Source of the DNA: Schmidtea nova
Lineage: Eukaryota
Reading direction: 5' to 3'
Length of the DNA stretch: 44,134 nucleotides
Assembly (NCBI GenBank): GCA_044892505.1
Contig: CM097882.1
Coordinates: forward strand, 454,708,001-454,752,134
Of the stretch, positions 11,601 to 24,316 are shown piece after piece. Each line of letters begins with the position of its first letter. The first letter of the stretch is position 1. The position numbers were made by a program, and so were the translations under genes. Under the pieces are notes generated by a model. The model was given only the letters and a program-made list of their open reading frames with translations. It ran no database searches and had not been told where the DNA came from.

Positions 11601-12013
11601 CATCGCTGAAAGACGGAAATGCAAAAGACTGGGCAGATCTTATTCCAGATATAGAATATACACTCAACGCAACAATCCAAAAAACAACGGGAGTAAGTCC
11701 AGCTGAAATTGTTTTTGGTAGGAGAATTGATAGATCGAAATGGTATAGTGATAGTAGAATCAACCGAAAAGAAATAGCATTGAAAATTGAAAGTAAAAGA
11801 CTAAATGACGAAACACCAACTGCAAGGAAGTTGGAAGTGGGAGACAAAGTGTTAATCAAACGAGAAATACGAAACAAGGATCAAGATAGGTATGAAGGAC
11901 CATACACGGTAACAAGACGAATACACGATCGTAGTTATGAGCTGAGAGATAAATATGGAAAGTCTTTAATCAGGAATATTGAAAAGATTAAAGAATTTAA
12001 AGAAGGGGGATGA
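8577..12013 (+). pseudogene. Pol, copy 2 (PR-RT-RH-INT), interrupted twice
   Basis: RT-RH is continuous (512 aa, YLDDILIF). In-frame TAA at 9402-9404 and frame break at the A8 run before integrase, both shared with copy 1. Confidence 0.92.
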
Positions 12014-12315
12014 AAGGGTAGAATTCACGTTTAAATTAAAATTGCTAATAAACATTTAAATTGTATTTGTCAGATTTCATAAATTTTTATTTAAACATCT
12101 TAAATTAATTAATTAAATTAATCTTAAAATATATGTTAATTCTTATTTAAAAATTATCCAGCATTTGAATCAATATCAGAATTACAGAAGAATAGCCTTC
12201 AAGTTTTTGTTTAAATATTTGGAAAAAAAGCGAAGTTTTAAATTTAATAAATTTTGTTGCTGATTTAATTTTTTAATGGATGCCGAAAACGAATTTGAGA
12301 TCGTTGCTGCTAATA
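12011..12315 (+). repeat. LTR 3
   Basis: Matches LTR 1; followed by the TSD TTCAC instead of a PBS. Confidence 0.92.
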
Positions 12316-12320
12316 TTCAC

Positions 12321-12600
12321 CACACTCTGTACATTAAGGTTTGGATTCAAAGCTCTTATCAGCAAAATTTCATAATGATTATTAAGATTTTTTGATAAAA
12401 TTTTCTGGAGTTTTTTTTCTGGATAAAATATGTTCCCGTATAAGTGCTTCTAGAGTTGTTGTTATTTTGGCTTGTATCTTTGTCAAAAAGTATTTCTTTG
12501 AAATTTTCTCAACAATACTAAATACCTTATGGTATTTTTCATATGAAAATATTTACTTTCGTATATCTCAACAACAATTAGATTTATTTTTAATGTATAT
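12321..12600 (-). mobile_element. Penelope-like GIY-YIG endonuclease 3' remnant
   Basis: Minus strand reads ...PENF...EILLIRALNPNLNVQSV, matching the E-x-LLI-x3-NP-x-LN-x-Q C-terminus of Penelope endonucleases; 12395-12595 is a near-exact reverse complement of 26145-26375. Confidence 0.6.
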
Positions 12601-14052
12601 ATCTAAAGATTTTGGACAAAATTCTTACGTAAGAAATTGAACCAAAAAATCCCGATCTAATGTCTGATTAATCCTTGTGGATAATTTAGTCTGAAACAGT
12701 ATATGATCATGATGATTTACAAGAGAGGTAGGTGACTGTGGGAACACTTTTCGAAAGGAAGATTCAGTAGACTATGGCAAACTATGGCTAATGATCCATT
12801 GCTTATACGTAACTAGATAACAGTAGACATAACGTTTTGCGCATGAATACTGTTTTTCAGCATACGTCGTTTTGAAATACTTTCCATTGAAGAATCAGCA
12901 TTTTATATTTGAGCAGAAAAAGGCAACATTATTCAATGATTTATTTGCATCGTCTCCATGTCGACAGTCGCTGTGAATTCGATTTAGAACCGCACGAGAT
13001 ACGGTTCAGCAGTTAGTTTTATAAAGTAAAGGTTTTTATAAAAAAACGATATTATAAATTATTTTACAATATTATTCTATAAAACTAGTTAAATTTATTA
13101 TCAATTATATAAATAAATACATAAATATATGTTAGGAATTGTAAAATAATTAAATGCGCTAAAATATAGTTTTACCTTGGTTCGTAAACTGAGGTCTCAT
13201 TGTAAAAAGAATATAACTAAATATAATCATTATATAATAATAATGATAATATTACACTAATAATATTTATTTTTATTATTTAAATCCTCAACATTTTTTT
13301 TCAATGAAAAATTTAGATTTATAGTATTAGTTTTTTTTTATAGATCTGTAACAAATATTTTGATAATTGTTGTCCAAAACTAATCATTGTAAGAATATTT
13401 TAAAGTCCATCTTCCTTAGTCTCATGGAAAACTTCTTTTCATATGTTATTTATTTTGAAAAATTTCAATAATTTCTTGCCTACACTGGATAATGCTCATT
13501 AAAATCTCTATAGTAAATTCTATAATATAAAATACACTCACCTGAGTTAGCAGTGTGTTACCGATAAATGAAATCTCTATAATACACACCAATGAACACA
13601 CTAAAATGCAACAATTGATAAAGAATATATGCAAACTTTCAATGCATTTCAGTAATTTTCATTGTCAGAAATAAATGCATACATTTGTTGTTTTTTCTGT
13701 GTTCATTTTAATTTGCTATCCTCATTGTCTATAGGATTGTACGCCAAATATGCAGAATAAGTTTATTAAGTTTTCATTGTAATATTGTATAGATAAAATT
13801 GAATTTATGGTTTTCATGAGGCACATCTGTTTTGTAAGTAAATTTGTATTTTTCATCAAAATAAAATAACTTTATTGAATTATTTTTGAACTACTGTAGA
13901 GATATAATTTAATTTTCTTTAAAATGACTTTAAATAAATAATTGTAGAATATCGTACTAAACACGTAATTTGTGAATAGTTTTTAAATTTAAATTAATTA
14001 TAAATACTTTTATTTATTTTTATTAAAAGTTATTTTATTTAATTATTATAGC

Positions 14053-14800
14053 CAGTTCTGGATTTACGAAGTTAACGGTCGGAGGCTATGTATTGGTGTA
14101 AAATAGCACCAACAAATTGTGAAATTCAAGATTTTTTTCAAAAATATAAGTGATCAAGGAATGAATGTGTAAATTACAAAATACATTTCCCCACAATTTT
14201 TGTTTTGTTATTATTACTCATTTCTTTCAGGAGTTACATAACCTTTATGTTCTGTAAATCTCATTTCCTTAAACTGTAAAATTGTCTGAAGTGGTATATT
14301 AGACAAATTTCAATGATAAAAATAATATATTACACTACAAGTGCCGAACTCTAAACTATTTTTGCACTTTGAAGAACTTTAGGTCAAATATAGACTCAAA
14401 GTCGTCAAATTTAATTTCTTTCAGAATATTGGATCCCCAGTTGGGAAGAGATATGGTGTCCAAGTGAAATTAATCCTTCGTAGATCTTAGAGAGTTATTT
14501 AATATGTTTTTTAAGAAAGATATTTCTTACTATTATCTTTTTATTTACGTGTTCAGCGAAGTCGTAATATAAGGAAAGTTACTGAGAATTGCATTTCGTG
14601 CAATATATATTAACACTCTGCGGTACCTGTAGGTTTCTGGCTCTCGGTTTCGTTATTTTCAAAATCCATGAATTGACGTAAATCGTCTCAAAGATTTTCA
14701 TCTAAGTCAATAAAATAGCACCTTGATAGTTCTTTTGAGCAGTAGCCTTTTTCTATGGAAAGCGAGCTATTGGTACTACTGACCAATTGCAATCGACAGA
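14053..14800 (-). pseudogene. Degenerate hAT transposase C-terminus with a probable right end (CAG at 14053)
   Basis: Manual translation with many stops: YFIDLDENL*DDLRQF, NFPYITTSL, SFLKNILNNSLRST, ILKEIKFDDF, resembling the hAT dimerisation domain. Confidence 0.55.
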
Positions 14801-14992
14801 AAAAGATAAAGCATGCTTATGAGTCACTATAAGTTCCGATCTCTGATGCAGAGATGTTTGCAATTGGTCAAAGCATAAGAGAAAAGCTATTACTCTGGTG
14901 GAATCTGAAGATGACACGATTTATGTGACATTATCTTTTTGTATCATTGGTGACGATCATTTAGTATACATTAGGTAGTAGATTTAAACTGT

Positions 14993-15033
14993 AATTATAC
15001 ATTAGTAATAATTAACTATTTAAAAGTAAATAA

Positions 15034-15083
<50 letters not shown>

Positions 15084-15124
15084 TTATTTACTTTTAAATA
15101 GTTAATTATTACTAATGTATAATT
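14993..15124. repeat. Perfect 132-bp palindrome centred on (TA)20
   Basis: 46-bp arms (14993-15038 / 15079-15124) are exact reverse complements. Confidence 0.92.
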
Positions 15125-15544
15125 CGCACCGGTTCTATAGAACCGGTTGTTAAATTTTTTGTAGTTTATAGAACCGTTTGTTAATTAGGAATCAACAAAT
15201 TAATTTTGTTGATACCTAATTAATAGGTGACACTATATTTAAAAACAACAAATAAATTTAAAATTTAAATATTTTCATTGCAAAGTTGGCGTTGAGATTT
15301 CTTTCACTAAAAAAGTTATTATGTGTGTATTAGCAAACATTATTTTCTTTTTTTTATTAAAGTTTAGAAGTGATAATTTTGTGCTGCTTAAAAAACTATT
15401 TTTTACAAAAAATAAAATAAATTTTAACAGAAAAACAAGAATCCATTTATTTTATTTATAAACAATTATTAATATATTGTGAGTATATTTATATTTTCTA
15501 CTTTATATCCTAAATAAGCCCATTCTTTTAGGAAATAAAATTTA

Positions 15545-17631
15545 ATGAAACGCAAAACTAATATTCGTGATTATTTTAATAATAATAAAAAAACTATGAA
15601 GAAGAAGAGGAAAATATTTCAAATACTGTAACTCTAAGCGTAAGCCAGGAATCAGCAACAGTATCTTGCTCTAAAATTCTACCAGCCAATATCGAAAAAG
15701 AGAATAATTTTCCAGATTGCTGGAATGGTGACCAATTAAAGCTATTTCAAGCTAAATATAATGGCTTGGAGGTCAAAAATAAAAAGCTTGGATGTCTAAA
15801 ATGCTCCTCGTTCGATAATTTGGGCATTTGTAAAGAACAAAACATTCACATTCCACAATAATGGCAAAGTTTTGAAATTCAATCATCGGGAACAACAAAA
15901 GTTATTCAACAGGCTTCATTAAGAAAAAAAATGTCTGAACATTTTAAATCAAAAACACATTTAATGGTTTTAAAAATGCTTGAACAAAAAGAAAAAATGA
16001 ACTACCCAGAATCATCGATTCAAATAATGCCAAAAATATGGCTAGTACTAATAAAATATTCAATATTGTTTACAGCTTAATAAAATGAAATAGACCGCTT
16101 TCAGATATGGAAGCAGAAGTTGAACTTCAGGTTAAAAATGGGGTAGATCTTGGAATTTCGCTTCATTCTAGGTTTAGTGCAATTAGAATAGCAGAACACA
16201 TAGCAAAACAAATGAAAAAATAATTGCATCCAATTCAAAATTTTGCGTAATCATAGATGAAGCCTCAACTATATCAAGCAAATCGGTGCTAGTCTTTTTT
16301 TGAAGTTTGAAATTCAAAAAGAAAATCCAATATTTTTTTTGGACTTAGTTCATTTAGAATCTCAAACCGCTGAGCATATTTTTAATATTCTAATGCAAAC
16401 ACAAAACTCAAATGGCTTTTCCACGGATTTTTTGAAAGAAAATCTGATTGGTTTTTGTTATGATGGTGCAAGTACAATGCTTGGTCAAAAGTCAGGTGTT
16501 CCTACAAGATTAATAAAAGAATTTCCTTATGTAATAGTTTGGCATTGCTTAAACCATCGTCTTCGGCTGGTTTTGGATGACGCAATAGACAAAATAAAGC
16601 AAGTGAATCATTTAAAATCATTTATCGATAAAATTTATGTAATTTTTCTTCAATCAAATAAAATTCAATTGCGCTTACAAAATATATCACAATATTTGGA
16701 AGTGGAAATAATTAAAATAGGTCAAGTCTTAGGCCCAAGATGGGCAGCATGCAGCTTAAGATCTGCTATGGCTGTTTGGCGGGCTTATGTACCACTTTAC
16801 AAATTTTTTAAGGATGATTCCAAATATCTTGGTATGACAAACTGACTTGCGAATAAATATTTTATAAAGGATTTAGCGCTTATGATCGATATTCTTCAAG
16901 AGATGTCCTATTTGTCAATAGGATTACAAGCTAGGTTTGTTACATTTCAAAAGGCAACGAAACTGATAAAAAGAACTATAAATATTATGATAAATTTGAA
17001 AGAAAATTTAGGAACATTTGAAAAAAAGTTGAAGAAATGTTGTCGTCACCTGCATTTGCAGATATTCCTTTTGTGGAAAATAAAAAATTTTAAAGTCTCC
17101 CAAGAAAAAAACTTATTGAAACAATAATTGATAAAATGAATTCCCGAATGTTAAATTGTAGACATATAAGAATGACAAAAAATGAAAAAAATAACGACAT
17201 TGCCGAATTATTTAATTTACTTGAAGCTGATTGGAATTTGGAAGAAATTACTTGTCCGTGGATTTTGGGAGAAGAAAAATTGAAATGAAATAATTAGATA
17301 CGAAATTCCCATTAATGATTTCAGAGATTATGTTCAAAATGTAATTGAAGGAAAAATCTCTGAAATAAAAACAATTCAAAAAGCTAAAAATAAAATTAAC
17401 ACCATTGCTATAAGTTCATCAGAGGCCGAATGAGGATTCTCATTAATGAATATTATTTGTGAAAAAAGAAGAGCTAATCTTTCAGTAGAACATATTTCTA
17501 GTTTAATGAGTATCAATATGATTGGACCACCACTTGAATCATGGAGTGCTGGAGAATATGCCAAAACTTGGTTGAGGAATCATAATTCAGCTAATGATAC
17601 CAGGATTCGAAATGCGCCAAAAAAATATTAA
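15545..17631 (+). pseudogene. hAT transposase (KIAA1586/ZNF862-like), fragmented
   Basis: IIDEAST, CYDGASTMLG, WHCLNHRL (CxxH), GPRWAACS, SSSEAE*GFSLMN and dimerisation-domain motifs across several frames; subterminal AACCGGTT motifs near 15140 and 17755. Confidence 0.85.
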
Positions 17632-17896
17632 TGAAAATAATGAAATCATTTGGAAATTATTATAATAATTTTAAAAAAAATTTTAAAAAAATCTATTCAA
17701 ATAAAATGATATTTTATTAAAATAAAACGATTTTTAGTTTTTGGTTTTATAAAACCGGTTGTAATATATATAATTTAATATAATGGTATGTTTGTAGAAT
17801 ATAATGTTTGATGCTTTCTAGTTCAGAATATTGTTTACCTTAAAAATCACTATGACCACAAGAATGATTGTTTCAAGTTTTACATTTCCTTATACA

Positions 17897-18112
17897 NNNN
17901 NNNNNNNNNNNNNNNNNNNNNNNNNNNNNNNNNNNNNNNNNNNNNNNNNNNNNNNNNNNNNNNNNNNNNNNNNNNNNNNNNNNNNNNNNNNNNNNNNNNN
18001 NNNNNNNNNNNNNNNNNNNNNNNNNNNNNNNNNNNNNNNNNNNNNNNNNNNNNNNNNNNNNNNNNNNNNNNNNNNNNNNNNNNNNNNNNNNNNNNNNNNN
18101 NNNNNNNNNNNN
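17897..18112. other. Assembly gap (N run)
   Basis: 216 N. Confidence 0.98.
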
Positions 18113-18681
18113 AAATTACATTCTACACAATATATTTCTAGAACATCATTCTCATTTTAGGTGATTTTCAGTCTAATATTTCGATATAAATCAAATATAT
18201 TTATAAATTGATTTAAGCAAATTAATTATAATTTTAAAATTTCACAAAATATTGTATAAAATTTTAATTTAAAAAAAACTATGAAACGATAAAATGATAT
18301 AATGATATAATTTTTTTACAATTATAAATAGTTGGATTTTCAGAATGGGTGTGTTCAAATATGACTATTTCAATTTAATATTTTTAAAAATTTGTTAATA
18401 ATGATTTTAATAAAAAAAAATAATTTTTAGATTTATTTTTTAATAAATTTAAAAAGTCTTTTTATTAAAATTATATTTTATTTTATTCAATTATATTTTA
18501 TATTTGTTTGTATAAATTATTTTCTGTTTGATAATTACACGAAGATAACACGGAATCTATTGAAATATATAGTAATAAAGTTATATGAGTAACGTTGTTC
18601 ATTAATTATTATTATTAAATTATGATTTGATGGAAGCAGCATTAATTAATTATTTAATATTATTATTACTAATATTATTAC

Positions 18682-19188
18682 CTGGAACCTATCTAATGCA
18701 ATTGCCGTAATTGTAATTGTACTGACAAAAACATTTGTTCCCTGAAGCAAAGCTGACATTTTGCAAAGTACATCTCCATGAGTCCATGGATGATATTTCA
18801 CTAGCAGCCGCAAAAGATTAAAAGGTTGTGTGAAAATACAGAGACATAAATCTGAAATAGCCAAGTTTAGAATGAACACATTTCTAGCAGTTTGCAGTTG
18901 CCGATACCGCATAACTGCAAATACAACAAGTGTATTTCCAAAAACGCCAAAAACGATCATTATGATGAATATGGTTAAAATTGTTATCAAACCGGTCAAC
19001 TCTAGTTTTTCCAATTTACTTTGTTTTGGTAGGCTGTCTTTTATGACTTGAATAAATGTTTCTCTTTGAATATCTGTGAATTGTCCACAATATTTGTAGT
19101 AGTTAATCATCATTTCAATACTTCGAACAGGAATCTCATTTGAATTTTTAAAGTAAATCTGACAAGATTGATTTAAATGCTCCATCAT
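18682..19188 (-). CDS. First coding exon of a class A neuropeptide GPCR (NPY/NPF-receptor-like), N-terminus to TM3
   Basis: GNTLV (TM1), NLAISD (TM2), W-x2-G-x2-LCK (ECL1 and C3.25), AIALDRFQ (TM3). CAG|GTAATA phase-0 donor after DRFQ; the ORF tail VIILVIIILNN is AT-rich and probably intronic. Confidence 0.85.
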
Positions 19189-20060
19189 CGGAAAATATGA
19201 AAAACATTCTCAATTTGATTAGAAATAATTTATTTTTTTCCAAAAATTTGATTGGTTGATATATCATCCAATGAGAAGGTTGTGTTATACTGAACGTAAA
19301 TTAAATTGATTTATTGGTTAATAATTCACAATAAATATGTTTTATTTATTTCGACAATATAAACTTAATAAAATCACTAAATAAATATTGGCATACTTTT
19401 TAGAGAAGACGAGGGCAAATTATACTAAAATTTACGGTGACCAAAAATGTTTTTTCTTTTTGATAAATCATTTAATTTAGTGCTACGTCTAAATCTTATT
19501 TATAATCTTTTATTGAGAATATATTTTATCTAGTCGATTCTATGTAGTTTTAAATTGGGCCGCAAATGTTTTTCAATGTACTATTTATACTAAAGAGAAT
19601 TAATTACTACTTCATGTGCTTCATTGTGATAATCCCTTAACAGGCCTGGATATGTTTCTGAGACACATTTAGAATTTCGATCTTTTCTTTTTTCTCATTA
19701 ATAAATTGTTTGTGAAATCTATTTTTATGTTGCTTATTTAACATACCTAAATGCAAAGAAAAATTTTATTTTTCATATATTTTTCATGTTTGTCTGAGAA
19801 ACACGACCTTGAATCAAATGTAACAAAACTGATTAGGCTCAGGGGTCTGTCATACTTGGTTTGACTAAAAGTGGAAAAATTAAATTTAAGAAATTAAATT
19901 AATTTTATAATTTTTATTGAATGTTGGGAGATCTTAGATGAGACTTTTTAAAATGTATTACAATGTCGAATTCTTTACATTTTTAAAAAATTTAATAAAT
20001 TTTCATTTTTAGGAAATAGATCAAACTTTTTCTGTTTAACCCAATTTTTTTCATTTTCTG

Positions 20061-20221
20061 NNNNNNNNNNNNNNNNNNNNNNNNNNNNNNNNNNNNNNNN
20101 NNNNNNNNNNNNNNNNNNNNNNNNNNNNNNNNNNNNNNNNNNNNNNNNNNNNNNNNNNNNNNNNNNNNNNNNNNNNNNNNNNNNNNNNNNNNNNNNNNNN
20201 NNNNNNNNNNNNNNNNNNNNN
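20061..20221. other. Assembly gap (N run)
   Basis: 161 N. Confidence 0.98.
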
Positions 20222-20622
20222 AGGTGAGGAAAATTAAAAATGTTAATTTTAAAAATTAACTTTTAAGAATAAATATAAAGGTAAATAAATAAATTTATAT
20301 TTATTTATTAACCTACTAACAAGAAAAAAATGTACAAAACAAATAGTCATCATAAATTAATTTAAAACTTGTTCGAAAAAATAAAATTAAGTTAATTTGT
20401 ATAGTTGCAATCAGTGTTGAAACCAAGTGGGGCCCGCGGAGGGATAAATGTTCCACCGGAGAAAATTTGAAGATCTAATAAAAATGATAAATAAAGACGT
20501 TTCAAATGATTTGGTTTTTAGAAAAACAAATAAGTTTTATAATAAATTAATTTTATTAATTTAATATGTTAATCCAAAAATTAATTAAGTGCGCAATATT
20601 AAACTATTTTTATTTACATTAA

Positions 20623-20772
20623 TTTTTGGATTTAAAGCTCTTATCACTTCACATATAAACAGTATGAACGCATTATATGTGAAGCTTTGTTGATAAGGAC
20701 TTTGAATCCAAAAATAATGCGCAAATGTATTTTGAATGTTTTTAAATAGTTTGAATGTAAACATGGGTATGC
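20623..20772 (+). mobile_element. Penelope-like 3' end fragment with a short inverted copy
   Basis: GAAGCTTTGTTGATAAGGACTTTGAATCCA encodes EALLIRTLNP; imperfect inverted copy at 20623-20658; downstream AACATGGGTAT is shared with the empty site of the Gypsy dimer. Confidence 0.5.
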
Positions 20773-20796
20773 TGTTGTTTTACTTGAATTTAATTA

Positions 20797-21876
20797 TGTT
20801 TAGGATACCTAAATAATAAAAGTAAATAACATCATAAATAAATAAAATAATTGTGAAAAACCGATAGAATAAATGAGACGATCTTCTGGAACTTAGAGAA
20901 GGAAAAGAAAGAACAAAAATTGAAAAAATTAACAAAATTAACAAAATAAAAGAAAGCAAACAACAAAGCAGGAAAGGGTTATCGATAACTATCAAGTATA
21001 AAAACCGATAGGAATTCTAAAATTAGAAAACAAAAACAAGCAAAAGATTTATATATTGACAACTTGTCAGAGATATCAGGAATACAGAAAAAAAGTGGAA
21101 TAACAAAAAGAGAAGAAACGGCATATTTTGACAGAGATAATGCGGATAATGACAGAAAAAATATCATTTATGCTGGAGTAAAAAACAGGAAAAACAAAAT
21201 TTATTTGGAGAGCCAGAAAATAACGAGCTATAAAAGGGAAAGCCACAGTAGTTTAATCAGAAGTTTAGATTGAGAACAAATTAAAAAGCAAATTATATCG
21301 GAGAGAAAATTATATTAGAGAAAATTAATTTTTATTGGATAAATTAGAGTCACATTATTGGAAAACTTGCATTAGTAAAATAAAGTGAACGAGGCAAGCG
21401 AGAATTAGACAAGAGTTAAATTATATTGAATAAAGTATCACGACCAAAATCTTTTGTCACTTATTGAATCTAAATCAGTGGTCAGTGATTTATATATTTT
21501 ACGTATTATACATTAGCGCTATTCCTCACAAAGTGTTGTAATAAGCTCTGTATATTTGCCTATTTTAGAGCTGAATTTCTGAAAAGAGTAAAATACATCG
21601 AAAGTTATGAATACAATTCGGGTGTGAAATTACATTGAAAGGGTTAATTTTAGGGTAGATAAATTCAGATGAGGGATTCTTTAGGCCAAGTCAAGTAAAA
21701 AAGAGTACATCCAATGAAAAAAGAAAATGCAATTCAGAGTGATAATGTCTAATCTCAAAATTGTCAGTGGAAAATGACTTGTAATTGTGAAATATCAATT
21801 TAGAGTTTTTCAGTGGGTTTTTGTCGATTACCGTTAAATTGTTTTAATGATTTTCTTTAAAACTTTTTTATAAACA
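20797..21876 (+). mobile_element. Solo LTR, family A (diverged)
   Basis: TGTTTAGGATACC start, TATAAAAG near 21228 followed by ATCAGAAGTT, AATAAA near 21429, conserved stem-loop 21507-21554. 3' end (TAAACA) is tentative because the flanks do not form a TSD. Confidence 0.65.
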
Positions 21877-22009
21877 TTTCATTTAGGAAATATTTCATGT
21901 TGTTGTGATTGTCATCGTTTTTGTGATTTGTTTGTTTTCAATCAGAAATTATATTAGATTACCCAGTGGATTTTTATTATCATACTTTTAATTATTTCAA
22001 CTTTATAAT

Positions 22010-22212
22010 TCATATTTAATTATTTCTTTATTGTAAAAGTAACTTTTAATTAAAATAATATTACTATGTAAATACTTTTTATTAAATTGTTTTTCATTTA
22101 ATTGATTTCATTTTAAAAAGTTTTTGGTTTTCATATTTAATTATTTCATTTATTGTAACTTTTAATGAAAATAATATTGCTATGTGAATATTTTCTGCTA
22201 AATTGATTTTTT
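22010..22212. repeat. Diverged local direct duplication (about 85-bp unit, about 120-bp spacing)
   Basis: TCATATTTAATTATTTC...AATAATATT(A/G)CTATGT occurs twice. Confidence 0.6.
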
Positions 22213-23680
22213 TAATTTTGTCAAATATTTATTAGGCTTTTAGTGGTTCCCGAGATTTGTAATTATTAAAGATATTCTAATTATATTATTGTGCTTTAAT
22301 TTGGCAGACCGCCACTGTGCTGTTACAATTGACAATTTCATTTTCTTTAGGGGATAATAAGATAGTTAATTAGATAGTTAATTAATTTTAATTTTTAACA
22401 TTTCTTTACCTGGAAACTTTCCATCAAATTTTAATTATTATATTCATATCTAACTTTTTATTTATTACCCGCTTATACCTTTCCCTCCGCAAGATATTGA
22501 TTTTTAATTTTAATTAATTTTTAATTAATTTTTGTTTCAATTTAAATTTCTAAGTTGTATATTCTTTGTATTAAAATTTGCATTTTTATATGTGGCATCA
22601 TTAAATATAATATGTGGGACAAATGAGTATGATGATCATTCTAAAATACGTAATCGGTTACAGATTGCTACAATTAGAACATGTATTAAAATATAATACA
22701 AGAAATTGAACATATATTTTTTTATGAAGTCAGTTTCAAAATGATGAAATCTTTTCCACTTCTTTCACTGAATTTATTTATATTCATTTATTATATGAAC
22801 TTGAAATTAAAAGTTTTTTATAGAATTTATTGAGAGAATTGTGGACTGATGGACTCCTCCTGTACAAGTTATCTTAATTAGTTGCAAGAATGCCCCGCCA
22901 TTTAATGTAAATCTATTGATTTTATATAATGTTATTCCCATGTGGATCATATAAAATGTATTTTATTTGATCTTTTTCAATATAAATCGTGAATGAAAAT
23001 AAATTTTTAAAAAACTATAATAAATTCAAATCAAAAATAAACTTTTATCTTAAATGGAAAATATTCTTTTTATTTGTTTTTGTATTTGCACCAGCCTAAT
23101 ACAATATTTGTATCATTGCAATATTAATTATTATTTAATATTTAAATATTTTTCAAAATTTATAATCCTTACTAAATCATTTGCACACTTCGTTTTAAAT
23201 TTTATTGATCAATCTCTATTAGAAATTTTAGAAATAATAATTTCGATGGATTATTTGATTTAAACTTTTTTTGATTTTGACAATAAATTAATGTTTTTAA
23301 AATTTTTAATTTTCTTCACCTTTGATTGTTTTCGATTTTATTTTTTTCAGACCATATATACTTAAAAGAAAAATATTTTTATGTATTCCGAATTAACTCT
23401 TTTGTCAAAATATATAACTCTTGAGGGGGTCCAAGGCTAAATTTCTTATGGGGCTCTTTTATATTTATTTTAAAAAAGGATAATTTGTTTCCCGGTGTTA
23501 TATAGTTAAAATAATAATTAAATTTCGAAAATAATATTACATGCAATATAATTAAATACTTCTTTACTTATATTACATAAATTTAATAATTTGCAAATAA
23601 TTAAAAGATGTAATACGTTTTTATAATAATAATACAAAATTTGAGGCCCCGCTATTTGGGGCCTTAGGCTTTAGTCTTGT

Positions 23681-23829
23681 NNNNNNNNNNNNNNNNNNNN
23701 NNNNNNNNNNNNNNNNNNNNNNNNNNNNNNNNNNNNNNNNNNNNNNNNNNNNNNNNNNNNNNNNNNNNNNNNNNNNNNNNNNNNNNNNNNNNNNNNNNNN
23801 NNNNNNNNNNNNNNNNNNNNNNNNNNNNN
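23681..23829. other. Assembly gap (N run)
   Basis: 149 N. Confidence 0.98.
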
Positions 23830-24316
23830 ATTTATATTGGTAAAAGCAAACATAGATATAAACTGTTTTGTAAATTTAATAATAAGTTTTATTTCTTGAA
23901 GTAAGACTTACTCTTCGAACTTCAAAATGTTTTCTAGATATCAGTGAAAGTTTCGAGGTTTCATTTTCTTAACGTCAGTCAGAATAAAAATAAATAAATA
24001 ACGATAACACTGATTAAAAGATTTATTAATTCGAGTAAATTGATAATTATTTTAATTTTATTGTATGTTTTCAAATGATGTTGCCCAGTTGGACTATATA
24101 CTTTACGCTTTGGTTTAATTTTCTAGTCTTTGAGATTTAGAAACTTAAAATGCAAGATTTTAGTGATAATTTGACTGAGAATAATAGATTTAAAAACTCG
24201 AAATTTATTAATTAGATATATACATTGTGATAATTGATTATTATTTTTGTTTGAATAATGTTAAAAACGTTATTGCCATTTTTATGAATTCTTAATAAAG
24301 TCATTCTGAAAAGGAG

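Larger units (their letters stand above)
2557..12315 (+). mobile_element. Tandem dimer of a Ty3/Gypsy LTR retrotransposon (LTR-int-LTR-int-LTR)
   Basis: Three 305-bp LTRs starting at 2557, 7284 and 12011 (period 4727). Gag with three CCHC knuckles; pol domain order PR-RT-RH-INT. 5-bp TSD TTCAC at 2552-2556 and 12316-12320, present only at the outer ends. Confidence 0.95.

Noticed and set aside
2728-11877. Many antisense ORFs of 66-166 aa inside the Gypsy dimer
   Set aside because: They are shadows of the gag and pol frames, duplicated only because the element is duplicated; no recognisable domains.
13446-13634. Hydrophobic minus-strand ORF with CAG|GTGAGT as a downstream GPCR exon
   Set aside because: A good donor is present, but the peptide has no TM4-TM7 signature (no W4.50, P5.50, CWxP or NPxxY).
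17831-18164. Track ORFs running through N gaps (also 23671-23904)
   Set aside because: Artefacts of N codons containing no stops.
22300-22560. Further diverged copy of LTR family B
   Set aside because: Patchy similarity to 28420-28600 in very AT-rich sequence; no ends or TSD found.
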